A DNA stretch of 64,000 nucleotides, taken from Eledone cirrhosa. Taxonomy: Eukaryota. The stretch is from positions 203,670,001 through 203,734,000 of the forward strand of contig OZ024743.1 in the NCBI GenBank assembly GCA_964016885.1, written 5' to 3'. Shown piece by piece: positions 26,616 through 40,302 of this stretch; position 1 is the stretch's first letter; every line of letters begins with the position of its first letter. Position numbers and translations under genes: made by a program. Under the pieces are notes generated by a model, which saw only the letters and a program-made list of their open reading frames with translations, was not told the origin of the DNA and did not search any database.

Positions 26616-26910
26616 TATGTTTATATACATTTTTTCTTCTAACTTTAATTTTATACCTAATTGTGTATGGTTGACGATATATTTAATCGAATTCCACGTG
26701 CTATTGAAATGGTGGGTAAATATTATATAGCTGTTGATCGCGAATAGATGGCTGTCGTTTATTTATCTATTATTTCTCCATAGGTGCCTTTTAATCTTAT
26801 AGCCTGGTTTAATTGTTTTTTTGTGTGGTTGATTACGCTGATTGGGAGAGGAAATAATGTATATATTTTATTTCATCAAATCATTCTATAGACATACTTT
26901 ATAGTATATA

Positions 26911-26977
<67 letters not shown>

Positions 26978-27358
26978 GCAGACATGAAACGTCTAACAGA
27001 TAATCATATAATTCATAACCACAACTATAACAGAAACATGATCAACAACATCACTACATCAGCTACTTTACCAGTGGGCATAATAACAAATAACAGGAAT
27101 AATAATGGTGTAGGTATACGAATTGACCATAAACAAGGCCATTTCTTGAAATACGTAGATAAATGGCAAATTATTCTATTTTTACTTCTATTATCTACAG
27201 TTAAATTGTATATTGGCCACCATTTAGTCTGATAACATTTTGGCGGGAAAAGTATCAGCAGAGGGACATAAAACTTATACTTAGATGTTATCTGCTCTCA
27301 TTTAAAATCCAGCTCCGCCCTCTTTCTCTCCCACTCGCTCTCACCCTACCCCTCTCTC

Positions 27359-27419
<61 letters not shown>

Positions 27420-27599
27420 CCCTCTCTCTCTAACTCGATATATATATATTATATATAGAAGAGCTGCTAAAGGACTAGAGCCTCTACATAACTTATGTTA
27501 TATATATCATATATATATATATGTGTGTGTGTGTATGTGTATGCGTGTCTGTTTGTATATATTTATATGTATATATATATATATAAATATATATATATG

Positions 27600-27635
<36 letters not shown>

Positions 27636-27761
27636 TATAAATATATATGTATATATATATATATATAAATATATATGTATATATACCATGTATATATATG
27701 TATATATATGTATGTATATGTATATATATATGTATATATACCATGTATATATATATATATG

Positions 27762-27817
<56 letters not shown>

Positions 27818-28027
27818 AATAATGGAGCTGCGCGTTGCAAATGGGATACATATGAAAAAGTAAGTCCTTCATCAGTGACCCTCTAACCGTCCCAGGCATT
27901 TCATCACTTTAAGGGCCATATACCTCAGGTTGGTGCGAACAACGGCTAAAAAAAGTCGTTGGAACACGTAAATAAAGGGGACGTTAGGGTGAACAAACAA
28001 AATGGTTTAAGCAACGGAAAGTGAGAA

Positions 28028-28149
<122 letters not shown>

Positions 28150-28404
28150 GTGTGTGTGTGTGTGTGTGTTCATATATCCTTGCCTTTTTTTATTTCTTTA
28201 ACTCTCCGTTTATCTAATTTTCATCTATATAAGGTTCTATAGAATGTTATCCCCGATCCTCTACATTACCAATCGAATTTTTTCAAATTTCTGTTTCACT
28301 TTTTCTCTTCGCTCTTTGACGCCCATCATCCCTGCTTCAAATTATATAGACCATTACACAATATGATATATGAAATGACATATGTACATATATATATATA
28401 TATA

Positions 28405-28445
<41 letters not shown>

Positions 28446-28467
28446 ATGTATGTATATATATATATGC

Positions 28468-28556
<89 letters not shown>

Positions 28557-28558
<2 letters not shown>

Positions 28559-28745
28559 AACCAGTAAGACCCCGACAGCTGAGCTCAAGCCGTTTCGACG
28601 GCTAATTCTGGACGCAGAACGTCGAAACGGCTTGAGCTCAGCTGTCGGGGTCTTACTGGTTCCTATTACCCACTCTACTACCTCAAGTATTGAGTACTTT
28701 GGTGCGTTATGGTCCACCTGGTTCCTTACCACATTTCCTTCGTTA
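28557..28745. mobile_element. Family A fold-back (ends of the full-length Penelope)
   Basis: Inverted arms GAACCAGTAAGACCCCGAC...TTTCGACG / CGTCGAAACGG...CTGGTTC, plus tail CCTATTACCCACTC...TTCCTTCGT between (TA)n tracts. Confidence 0.85.
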
Positions 28746-29039
28746 TATATATATATATATATATATTTATATGTGTGTGTGTGTGTGTGTGTGTATGTAC
28801 ATTTATATATATATATACACATATATATATATATACATAAATGTATATGTATACACACATATATAAACATAAATGTATATGTATCTATATATATATATAT
28901 GTATATATATATATGTATATGTATGTATATATATATATGTATGAAGGAACGATCGACTTTCGTCAAATCGGACCGAGGGAACGATGTTTCCGTTGGTCTT
29001 TCCAATTGCTAATACTATCTATCGGTCGCAACTCCAGGT

Positions 29040-29148
29040 AGATGGAGCAACGTGAAATAAAGTGTCTTGCTCAAGGACATAACGCATCGCCTGGTCCAGG
29101 AATCGAACTCACAATCTCAAGATTGTGAATCAAATTCTCTAACCACTA
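29040..29148 (-). mobile_element. Second SINE family fragment
   Basis: AACGTGAAATAAAGTGTCTTGCTCAAGG...GAATCGAACTC...AACCACTA. Related to 7850-7960, 10140-10230 and 30645-30900. Confidence 0.65.
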
Positions 29149-29174
29149 TGTATGTATATATATGTATATGTATG

Positions 29175-29205
<31 letters not shown>

Positions 29206-29286
29206 ATATATATATATGTATGTATATATATATATATGTATATGTATGTATATATATATATATATGTATATGTATGTATGTATATA

Positions 29287-29318
<32 letters not shown>

Positions 29319-29408
29319 CATCAATGTATATATATCAATATATATGTATATGTATCTATATATATAAATATATATAAATATATATTTATATGTATATATA
29401 TATATATA

Positions 29409-29451
<43 letters not shown>

Positions 29452-29453
<2 letters not shown>

Positions 29454-29636
29454 CAGTTTTAATATAGATGAGATTCTACAGGACTAGAACTGTTTCATTC
29501 ATTAGAAATCATCAGGAATCTAATGAATGAAACAGTTCTAGTCCTGTAGAATCTCATCTATATTAAAACTGTTATACTCTGCTATGTATTGAGTACCTTA
29601 CTTACTGTGGTTACCTCCGATTCAACCCGGAATAAC

Positions 29637-29637
<1 letters not shown>
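29452..29637. mobile_element. Family B fold-back
   Basis: Near-identical to 6090-6283 in the opposite orientation. Confidence 0.78.
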
Positions 29638-29681
<44 letters not shown>

Positions 29682-29774
29682 TATATATATATATATACAT
29701 GTATATATATATATATATACATGTATATATATATATATATATATATGCATATATTATACATGCATATATACACA

Positions 29775-29839
<65 letters not shown>

Positions 29840-31037
29840 AGACCATACAAAATTACACTTGATTCCCTGTGTTTTGTGACTTGGTCCGTTAACGTGTTCT
29901 AACAACCATTGTTGTTCGGTGTATTATTCTGTATGTATCATTTCAATTCTTTTTGTGGAGGAGAAACTAAGTGTTTTTTTCTGAGTAGAAATGTTGCGTC
30001 TGTCATTTGGTCTCTATGTGACCATTTATTGCCTCTATATAAACATTGATATATATTTCTCTTTGATCTAGATGGGTGTGATGTATTTGTGGTGTGTTAT
30101 TTAAATGTTTAGAAACGGAGTCTTTGTATTGCTGGATGCTTTATTTGTGATCTTTAGGCTGTTGATTTCAATACAGATTTGATTATTAGATGTCGTTTTT
30201 AACTTCTTTTCAACATTCGGGATGTTTATTGTGGCGTATAGATGTTCATTCTTTGATAGCACTCGTACCTTTTTCTCGAAAAGTGCAATGCACTTTCAGA
30301 AATCGAACTCACAACTTTTCGATTATGAGTCGAACATGCTAACCACTAAGCCACGTGTCTTCACTTGGGGAACGCTGTGAACCATCGATTGACCCATTCG
30401 AAACCTCTATATCCTCTGAAAGCTATTATTCACTAATTGCACTTTCTAAGTACAAGGCCAGCAATAAGCGTACTTTATTTCATCAAGTATCTGTGCTATT
30501 TGAACTCATATCATGAAGGGTCGTAACTAAATGCTGTAAAACGTTTTGTCCAACGCTCTACTGATACTGCTAATCCAAATCCCTGAATTGCAATAGAATA
30601 ATAAAGATAAAATAAAAGTATGTGCTGTGTATTCTGAGGAAGATTCGTGGCTTAGTGTTTAGGCTGACAATAGTACGTTGTATTTTTGAGCAAGACACTT
30701 TATTTCACGTTGCTTCAGTCCACTCAACTGGCAAAACTCAGTTGTAATTCAAAGGGCCAGTCTATTCCCATACTGTGTCACGCTGATTCACATTGAGAAT
30801 TACGTTAAGGGTACTCTTGTAAATGGAAACCCCAGTCCCCTAAACGTTAATTTTACGAGCAGGGTGTTCTGTCGATTAAATAACTGGAACACCCGTCATC
30901 GGAACCGATGAAAGTCCAACGCACTGATTATTTGTGTAGGATTCTATAAGCCAAAAAAAAAAATTATGAAATAATATGAGCTGTTTTGTTAAGTATTCTT
31001 TATGTAAGGTATTTATTATTTCACAATGACTTTTCTC

Positions 31038-31195
31038 AAAACAGTGACAGTCGAGCTAGCAATTTATTTGTCTCACTCTAATATCTGAAATAAGAAATAA
31101 TATCTGAATAAGAAATAAGAATCTGTCTTATTTCTTATTCAGATATTAGAGTGAGACAAATGAATTGCTAGCTCGACTGTCATTGTTTTGATAAA
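31038..31195. repeat. Inverted repeat (fold-back)
   Basis: AAAACAGTGACAGTCGAGCTAGCAATT...TATCTGAA mirrored at 31128-31192. Confidence 0.7.
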
Positions 31196-31336
31196 AATCA
31201 GGCCTGAAACCGAATATATATACAGATATAGATGCTTATGGGAATGCACAGGTGAAACTCCAGAGTAACAAACTCCCCACTTAGTATAATATATATATAT
31301 ATATATATATTGTTATACTAAACAAATTCAGAAACG

Positions 31337-31380
<44 letters not shown>

Positions 31381-33310
31381 AAAGGATAACAAGGACGATT
31401 GGTTACTCCTTCATTACAGTTATTGGTAGGTGACGCGCGTTTCGCCACTGATCAGATCAAGTTTCGATCTGTATCGATCTTACCCGACTCTATAATCGGT
31501 AGCTCGACGGACCCCTTAAAATGCTAGTAGAAAATGAATACATGGTATATGGTAAAGTCAGAAGTTCATATGTTGGTCAATATGAATTGTTTTGATTGGT
31601 GGAATAAATCATAGGGATGTATTCGCCTGTAATGAATGTGGAGGTGGATGTGCTGATAAGATCTGGGTGACGGTCGCTGGCTGGGATGGGCTGTGGTGTG
31701 ATGTGTGTGTGATGGGGGGGGGAGGGACTTTCGCCTGTAGTGTATGTGGGGGTGGATGTGATATAAGATGGTGGTGACGGTCGCTGGCTGGGATGGGCTG
31801 TGGTGTGGGGGTAGTGGATTGTCGGTTAGACAGATGGGCGTATATTTGTGGCTGATTATTGTGAGTGGTGTGGGTGTGGTGTTGTTGTTTATGGTGATGA
31901 CGTTTATGGTGGTGTAGTGGACGTGTTGGTGGTGTCAAATCCATTGGGAGATACATGCCTAGACACTCTTAGTCTGACAAAATCGTTGTATACATACACA
32001 TGCGTATATACACTGACATATATACACATACACACTTATATACACACACATACACACGCACACATACACCGACATATACATATATTTATATACATATATA
32101 CACATATATGCATGCGCGCGTGTGGATATATAGAGAGGAGGGAGTGTCAGTGGGGGTGGCGTAGTGCATAGATAGAGGGAGGGTGAGAGCCAATGGAGAT
32201 GGTGTTGTACATATAGACATATATAGACATACTTACATACATATATATATATATAGATATCATTCCAATACTTACATACATATATATATATATAGATATC
32301 ATTCCAATACAAAGGTCTGACGACATGGTGTGTTTGCTTACAGTGTACCTTCGGTTTATGATAATATTTTATATTATTTTTATAATATTTTTATATTATT
32401 CAAATAACGAGGTATAGGTAACCCATACACTATGGAAACAATTGTTACCTAATAAATTATTTATACCCGCATTTCCATTTCATAAACTTCTTCTCCATAT
32501 ATGGATAATAAATGTTAATAATAAAACTCCTAATAAACAAGCTAAAACACCTAAATCAATAAATCTAACTAAAAATGTGTGTGGAGAGGTCATTAACAAT
32601 AATTCTCCTAGTAAACATCAGGATGCATCCTATAAAAACAATAAACAACATAGAAACCGTAATAGACGAGTTACTTGGTATAATGTTCCATTTAATTTAC
32701 AAGTTAAGGATAATATACCTAAAAAATTCTTTAATATCCTAGAGAAAAACTTCCCGCCAAACCACAAATACCATCAAATCTTAAATAGATCAACAGTTAA
32801 ATTCTCCTACTCAACAACCAAAAACATAAAACAAAATATAAGTGCCTATAATGCATATAAATGTAAAAAACCCATAAGTATACCACCAGTACATCAAACT
32901 AGCCATAATATCTCCTCAAATACAGGATTCACGGAAAGTTGTAACTGTAGAAACAAGGCAAACTGTCCATTAAAAGGAAATTGCCTTGTTAATAACATAA
33001 TATATAAATGTAAAGTTAACACTAAGGACTCTATTTGTTCATATATAGGAGCTACCTCTAACAATTTTAAGGTAAGATTTAATACCCACAAACATAGTTT
33101 TAAAAATGCCGCACTAGCTAATACAACATCTCTAGCTGAAAAAATTAATAGTTATAGAAAGAGGAATATAGAATATGATATGACCTGGAGTGTGCTCAAA
33201 AGAGCCACCCCTTATCAAAATAGTAGAAATGAATGTAGATTGTGTTCCCAAGAACTTTTCGAAATAATGAAATCTAAGGATATCATATTAAATAAGCGAC
33301 AGGAATTAAT

Positions 33311-34300
33311 AATATCGTGTAATCATAAACTGAGAAAAACATTTAAATATTATAAACCTAATTAATATACACTTTAGAAATTAATATATAGATTAATTTT
33401 AATTTAGTTAACCTATGATTTTAATTTAGTTAACCTATAATTAAAATTCTACTACAGATGAAATATAAAATATCGTGTAATCATAAACTGAGAAAAACAT
33501 TTAAATATTATAAACCTAATTAATATACACTTTAGAAATGAATATATAGATTAATTTTAATTTAGTTAATCTATAATTAAAATTCTACTGCAGATGAAAT
33601 ACAACAAAATATCGTGTAATCATAAACTGAGAAAAACATTTAAATATTATAAACCTAATTAATATACACTTTAGAAATTAATATATAGATTAATTTTAAT
33701 TTAGTTAACCTATAATTTTAATTTAGTTAACCTATAATTAAAATTCTACTACAGATGAAATACAAAATATCGTGTAATCATAAACTGAGAAAAACATTTA
33801 AATATAAACCTAATTAATATACACTTTAGAAATTAATATATAGATTAATTTTAATTTAGTTAACCTATAATTAAAATTATACTACAGATGAAATACAAAA
33901 TTCTGCTTTAAATATTATAAACCTAATTAATATACGCTATAGAAATTAATATATAAACTATTTTTAATTTAGTTAACCTATAATTAATAATCTACTACTG
34001 ATGAACTACATAATTTGGCTTTCCTTCTTACAAATATCATTTCCTAAAACTGATACCATTAAGTAAACATATGTAATTATTTTTAATTTAGTTAAGCTAT
34101 AATTAATATTCTACTACTGTTGAACTACATAATTCCGCTTTAAATATTATAAACCTAATTATTATACACCTTAGAAATTAATATATAAATTATTTTAGTT
34201 AACCTATAATTAATATTCTACTAATGATGAACTACATAATTTGGCTTTCCTTCTTACAAATATCATTTCCTAAAACTGATACCATTAAGTAAACATATAT
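33311..34300 (+). repeat. Tandem ~140-160-bp repeats duplicating the Penelope ORF end
   Basis: ATATCGTGTAATCATAAACTGAGAAAAACATTTAAAT at ~33312, 33470, 33609 and 33766, then degenerating. Confidence 0.85.
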
Positions 34301-34667
34301 AAAGCTTTAACTTCAGGTTATCACTCTATGTTCCTTGAAACCTATATATATTTACTATTTCCCACTAATAAATTTAATCCCCCCCCCCCAATAATTATAT
34401 GTATATGTAAACGTGGATGTGTGTGTATATAAGTGTGTATGTATGTATGTGTGTATGTATGAGAGTGTAAAAATACATATATATGTATGTGTAGATATAT
34501 ATATATATATATATATGTGTATATGTGTGTGAGTGTATATATATGTATATATATATATATGTCTGTGTGTGTATGTGTGTGTATGTATATGTACATGTGT
34601 ATATGCGTATATATATATGTATATATATGTATGGGTATATGTTTGTGTGTGTATGTGTATGTATGTG

Positions 34668-34720
<53 letters not shown>

Positions 34721-34761
34721 ATGTGTGTGTGTATGTATGTGTATATATATGTAGGTATATA

Positions 34762-34824
<63 letters not shown>

Positions 34825-35565
34825 TTTTTATATTTTTATATTCTTTTAATCTCCCCTCATCCTTAACAGCACTTTTAAACTGCATCTAACTCTTATTTAT
34901 CACATCTATATGTATTAGTATAATTTTATCAAAATATATATATATATATATATACCCATCAATTAAATTAATATATCCTTTTCATAGATTTATTTTTTTC
35001 ACTAACATCCTTATCTTAAAACTCTGGTCACCCTAGATATTTGTATTGGCATCACTATTTTATAACAGCAACTGCTTGTATACCTTCTACTGACCACCTG
35101 ACCTAATTTCACCCCTAAAATAAGTTTCAATTACTACTATTTTACCATTTGGCCAAATATTAACTTTCTATTGGTCAATTCTAAACCTCTTACCAAACAG
35201 ACAGAATATATTTGATCTTTGTTGGTTTTAGTCAATGAACAAATAAATTTATGTCTGAGGTCAACATATGACCTACTTCTTCCCTAAAGTAATCCATTAT
35301 TATATTGGATCATTGTTGGTTTTATTCAATGAACAATTAAAATTATTTCTGAGGTCAACATATGACCTACTTCTTCCCTAAAGTAATCCTTCATTCATAA
35401 TACTCTTTTCCATCCAAAACTGAAATCTACTTCCCCTACCCATAATTTAAGGTTCTCCTAATGCTATCTATCTTGACCCTCACTATCTCCTGATTGGTCA
35501 ATTCAAAACCTGTTCCCAAACAGACCTATTGTATTGAATCTTTGTTCTTATCAATAAACAAGTAT

Positions 35566-35705
35566 CATTATTTCTGAAGACAGCATATATATGTGAAGGT
35601 ATGTATATTCCCTCTGATAGTTTGTATAAATATTGTACATAGATCTATAGAATATGCATACCAATTCTAACACATATATATCCTAGAAACGATCGTAAAA
35701 TAATG
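35566..35705 (+). ncRNA. Type I hammerhead ribozyme motif with a long stem II
   Basis: Stem I CATTATTT/AAATAATG, core CTGAAGA, stem II ATATATATGTG/CACATATATAT enclosing GGTATGTATATTC/GAATATGCATACC, GAAA, palindromic ACGATCGT, then A. Confidence 0.7.
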
Positions 35706-35900
35706 AACTTTTTTTGTTTAATATAAGGAACTGTTTCTTTGTTTATTCATTATTTTTTTAATAATTTATCTTGACTCTGTTTTCCGTTTATTTTTCACCG
35801 AAAGTAGTTTTTGAATGCATCTTTTCTTTTCATGATATCCGGATTACATTGAGTTCTTCATACGGATTGGACACTACCGTAAACTTTTGGTAGATTTATC

Positions 35901-35970
<70 letters not shown>

Positions 35971-35980
35971 AACAAGTAAG

Positions 35981-36075
35981 ACCCCGACGGCTGAGCTCAA
36001 GCCGTTTCGACGGCTAATTCTGTACTGAATGAAAAATTAATTCTGGTATTTAAATAGCCGAACTTATCAAGGGGT
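35981..36075 (-). ncRNA. Type I hammerhead ribozyme, U3-A8 core variant (3' pLTR)
   Basis: ACCCC-UUGAUAA-G..CGGCUA...UAGCCG.C-GAAA-CGGCU-ugagcuc-AGCCG-UC|GGGGU. Confidence 0.8.
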
Positions 36076-37277
36076 AATTCCATATATGGTCAAAGAGATA
36101 ATCACCAGGATTGGTCACATCACAAGTTAGTAGTAAATCTGTGATGGCAAGTTGGTGGGGGAAGGGGTAGCTCAACCTGCCAGTAGGAGAAAAGGGGAGA
36201 GGAGGTGGAGTAGACCCATTCATGCGTTGGTAGTGCCAGCTACAGCTGGGTGTGAGGTCAAAGAGGATACTGGGGAGGGGGAGGGGGAGGAGGTCGAAAC
36301 GGTAAGTAGAACAATGAAAGGTAAAACTGTAAAAGGTACTGAGAGAGAAAGAAAAAAAATATAAGCAAAATCTGGTTACTAAGACTTAAGTCTCTCGTAT
36401 TGCTAGGCTGAAGAAATACATAAATAAATAAATAAACAAATAAGTGAATAAAAGAATAGATAAATAAATTTAAAAAAATATATATATATATAATGTAGAA
36501 TAAAAAAATAAATGATAATAATAGAAAAAAAACTAGGTGGGTCGGAAATAAAGGGACCCTAATACGAGGTATAAGTGCATGTATCGTACGGTGACGGGTC
36601 AACAAAAGGGGGACCAGAATACTAAAGAGACTACCACGAAAATAATAAAGGTTTCTACCACGAACACAGGGCCAGCAACCACCCAGTGCAAGAAAGTAAA
36701 CTAGTACGAGAATATAATTCAGGGTCCCGCAAAAAAATACTGGTGCTAACTCTAAGGGTACCGCCACGAAACAAAAGGTCTTATACAAGCTACATGAAAG
36801 ATCGTACGAAGTAAAAGTAGAGAACGGAAAATTAATACAGGAACACCCCCACCTCACCCCACCCCACCCAAAAAAAGGGAAAAAGAAAAAAGAGATACTG
36901 GATAAACGAGAAATTATAGCAAAGATGCCACTAAGAAATATAGAAGGCACGGAAAAGGGGGACAGCGGTCGGAGAAGGGGGAGAGTATCCGAAGTCTAAC
37001 ACCTCTGCTATAAAAAGCGGAGTCAGCCACATCTATCATAGAATGGGGGAGGGGGTGGGGGTGCTGAAGCTACAAGGGACCGATGGGCTACCTCGGGTGG
37101 GCGAGAAAGAGACGACGACAAAGAAAGGGAACTGGGGTAGAAGGACTAGGGAGGGATGGGGGGAAGGAGGAAATATAGAGGAAGCGATAAAAGAATGTAA
37201 AAGAAGATCTTACGTCTCCATAGGCAAGCAGGGGTTACCCATTACAAAATAGGCAAGTGGGGTGTTATAGCCCTAGG

Positions 37278-39435
37278 CTAACCCCCCCCCGGGTCATTAT
37301 GGGGTTTGAGGGCGAGGTAAGTCCTACGTAATCGGTGTTTACATGCAGTAACCAGTTCATCTTTCTTGTTTAGGAGTTGGTCCGTCGAAAACAGCATTTG
37401 TAATGTTTCCTCCGAGCATAAATTGCACGGACGGCGTCCTCCCGTGTAAGAGTTGGCTCTGGACAGTAATTTCCAAGTGAGATCATAGTTGATGTTGTTG
37501 TCCTTGAGGTCCCATATGTGGCCCGAAAGTGTAGTGGCGTGACGCTGAGCCGGGTTTCGGAAGGTATGTCTGTGTTGGTATAGCCGGGTCTTGAAGTCGC
37601 ATGCGGTTAATCCTATATAAGCTTTGTTGGAGGTGTCCGTGCTCACGTTGCACTGGTAGATCACATTACGGTCTCTGCATCTGTTGTCGAGGGGGCAACT
37701 GGATCTATCAGGACAGTTGCACCTCCTGGTCGGCTCTCCACTGCTATTTGGGTTGTTTCTTCCATCGGGGTTGAGTTTTTTGTTGTTGGAGGAGACGATG
37801 TTTTGTGCGAAGTTAGGTGTAGTGCTGTAAGGGAGTTTGATGGTATTTTTATTAATTATGTTGTGGTAGCGGTGTTGTGGTGGGAAGTGTTTTTCAATGA
37901 GCCTAAAGAAAATTTTCCCGATGGGAGTTGTCACCTCAGCGTTGTGGGGAGGATTGAACCATGTTACATTGCGTGAGCGGTGGTGTCGCCTGCTGGTTCC
38001 GCTAATGGGAGCTGGACAGTAGGATATTTCCTCCCGGAAACCACTCCGCTTGAGGGCCTGGTTGTAGTAAGGCGCATGTTCATCGAATATCTTCTCATTA
38101 GCTGACAAACGGGATATACTGAGGCAGATGTTTTTGACCAGGTTGTTGGTGATGTTCCTGGGATGGTTAGATCGGCGGTGGATGTAGTGCAGGTTGTCAT
38201 TGGGTTTCCTGTATGGGAAGTACAGGTCATTATTGAGATCGAGGGTAACGTCCAGGAAATTAACTCGGGTCAGGGACGTTTGTAGGGTTATTTTAAATCC
38301 CCAGTCGCGGAAGAAGCTGATTAATTGTTTACGGACCCGATCTGTACTACTGGGGTTGTACCCTTTAAGGGTAAGGAGCCCATCATCACGGTACAATCCA
38401 CCACCGAAAGCAGGAAACATCGGTGAGTTTGGCTATAAGGAATAATCCTATAAGATCTGTGACCTCCGCCGAATCCGTAGCGCCCATGCTGACGTCGAAG
38501 GGCGAGTCAGGAGCTCTTTTTATCCATTTGGAGTTATCAAAGAGTAAGACTGTCTTCCTGGCGTGGAGGATGATTTTTCTTTCCTGGTCGGTGATGGGCA
38601 CAAGTGCTTCGGCGAAGTCCAAGGCGGCAGTAAGTAGCGGTAAGGTGATTGAAGCATAGTAGCTCTCTATGTCGAACTGGATAAATTTAGTGTCTCGTTT
38701 ATCCTCCAAATTTCTGAACCATGAGATAACTTCCTGGCTGTTGATCCATAGGCTAAGTCGGGCGTGTTGCTTGACTTTAGGTATCACGCGGTCTAGGATT
38801 TTTTTGCTGATTCTCCCTATGTCGGACTTCGTTGGGTTTATAAGCCTGATAGATGGTTTACGGTCGAAATCGGATTTGTGGTCCTTCAGTGTGAAGTAGG
38901 GTGTCCGTGGGTCTAGGGGTTCGGTGCGGTCGGCGACCCCGAGGCTGGAGGTAATTTGTTGTCCATCTCGATTAATGTCCTCGATGCATGAGTGGTTGGC
39001 CTTTTTATAGGTGGAGTTTAGGCTACTCCTGATCAGTGTGTGGTAGCTGTCGGGGTTGACAAAGTATAGGTTCCCAGTTTTATCCGAATGCACCATGTTG
39101 TCATTTGTGTTATCATACTCTGTTAAGTTGCTACGGAGTTTTTGTAGGAATCGGTTGTGTCTGGGTTTGAATTTAAGGTTCTTGACCAGTTGGAAGAGGT
39201 CATTCTCGAAGGGTGAGAGCAAAGGGTTCGGGGGGGGGGGAGATTTATAGGTAATAAATCCGAATCTCTCCTTGGTACCGAAGTCCTGATTGTCGCAGAA
39301 TCTGTCGTAGAAAAAAGTTCTCCATCTAAGTCTTTTCGCAAATAGGTCGATTTTTTGCGTGAGCATCCGAAGGTAAAGTTTTTTCGGTGGGATTGGGATG
39401 TTCTTGGTAGAGAAGTCGATATTGTGTTTTCGCAT
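37278..39435 (-). CDS. Penelope-like RT-GIY-YIG polyprotein with one frameshift near 38420
   Basis: ATG at 39435 (MRKHNIDFSTKNIPIP). Motifs RLINPTKS, FIQFDIESYY, DVSMGA, LYRDDGL, VNFLDVT, CNC..CPL..C, VIYQC..YIGLT..FKTRLYQH, CNLC..E, CKH. Confidence 0.88.
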
Positions 39436-39620
39436 GGTGCGGGTGAAACAAATTGAGCTTAGCGGAAACGTCTGGATACGGCGTGGTAGGGTCGGAAAGT
39501 GCTCTACTACGGGGATAGGAGCTAGATAACGAAGGAAATGTAGTAAGGAACCAAGTGGACCATAACGCACCAAAGTACTCAATACTTAGGGTAGTAGAGT
39601 GGGTAATAGGAACAAGTAAG

Positions 39621-39715
39621 ACCCCGACGGCTGAGCTCAAGCCGTTTCGACGGCTAATTCTGTACTGAATGAACAATTAATTCTGGTATTTAAATAGCCG
39701 AACTTATCAAGGGGT
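39621..39715 (-). ncRNA. Type I hammerhead ribozyme, U3-A8 core variant (5' pLTR)
   Basis: Same as 35981-36075 except for one loop substitution. Confidence 0.8.
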
Positions 39716-39802
39716 AATTCCATATATGGTCACTCTACTACCCTAAGTATTGAGTACTTTGGTGCGTTATGGTCCACCTGGTTCCTTACCACATTTCCTT
39801 CG

Positions 39803-39873
<71 letters not shown>

Positions 39874-40059
39874 CTTAAATATACTTACACACAGACACAC
39901 ACACTTGCGTTTGTTCGGGAGGGAAGGTATGTGTTGGCGATGTTAATAAAGGTAATGATTGTATAGCTCTACACCTCAACACAGAAGTGAACCTAAACAT
40001 CGAGTGCCCATCCGGGTGAACCTGCAGTAACTCCAAGTTACACTTCCTATATATATAGC

Positions 40060-40117
<58 letters not shown>

Positions 40118-40302
40118 GGAAATTATAGTATTAATTGTATTAATTGTACTATTTATGGTTATGAAAATACAAAAACCTTTAGCAGTTATATGTATTTTTT
40201 ATACAAACCCTAAATAGTGGTAGGCAGTAATGTATTACTAGCTTATTACCAGTAAGTTAAGTAGCTCAATGTAAAAAGATCAGATGATTTACAGAGCAGT
40301 TA

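Larger units (their letters stand above)
32442..35905 (+). mobile_element. 5'-truncated Penelope-like element (GIY-YIG region, 3' repeats, hammerhead)
   Basis: ORF to 33365: RVTWYNVPF, VKFSYSTT, CNC..CPL..C, IIYKC..YIGAT..FKVRFNTH, CRLC..E, LNKRQE..CNH. Hammerhead at 35566-35705, ends at (TA)n. Confidence 0.85.
35969..39805 (-). mobile_element. Full-length Penelope-like element (RT + C-terminal GIY-YIG) with pseudo-LTRs, inserted in (TA)n
   Basis: 124-bp direct repeats 35969-36092 / 39609-39732, inverted 5' tail 39731-39805, RT-EN coding region, (TA)n on both sides. Confidence 0.93.

Noticed and set aside
36152-37252. ORFs in the Penelope 3' UTR (230 aa on - and others)
   Set aside because: Compositionally biased with no recognisable motifs.
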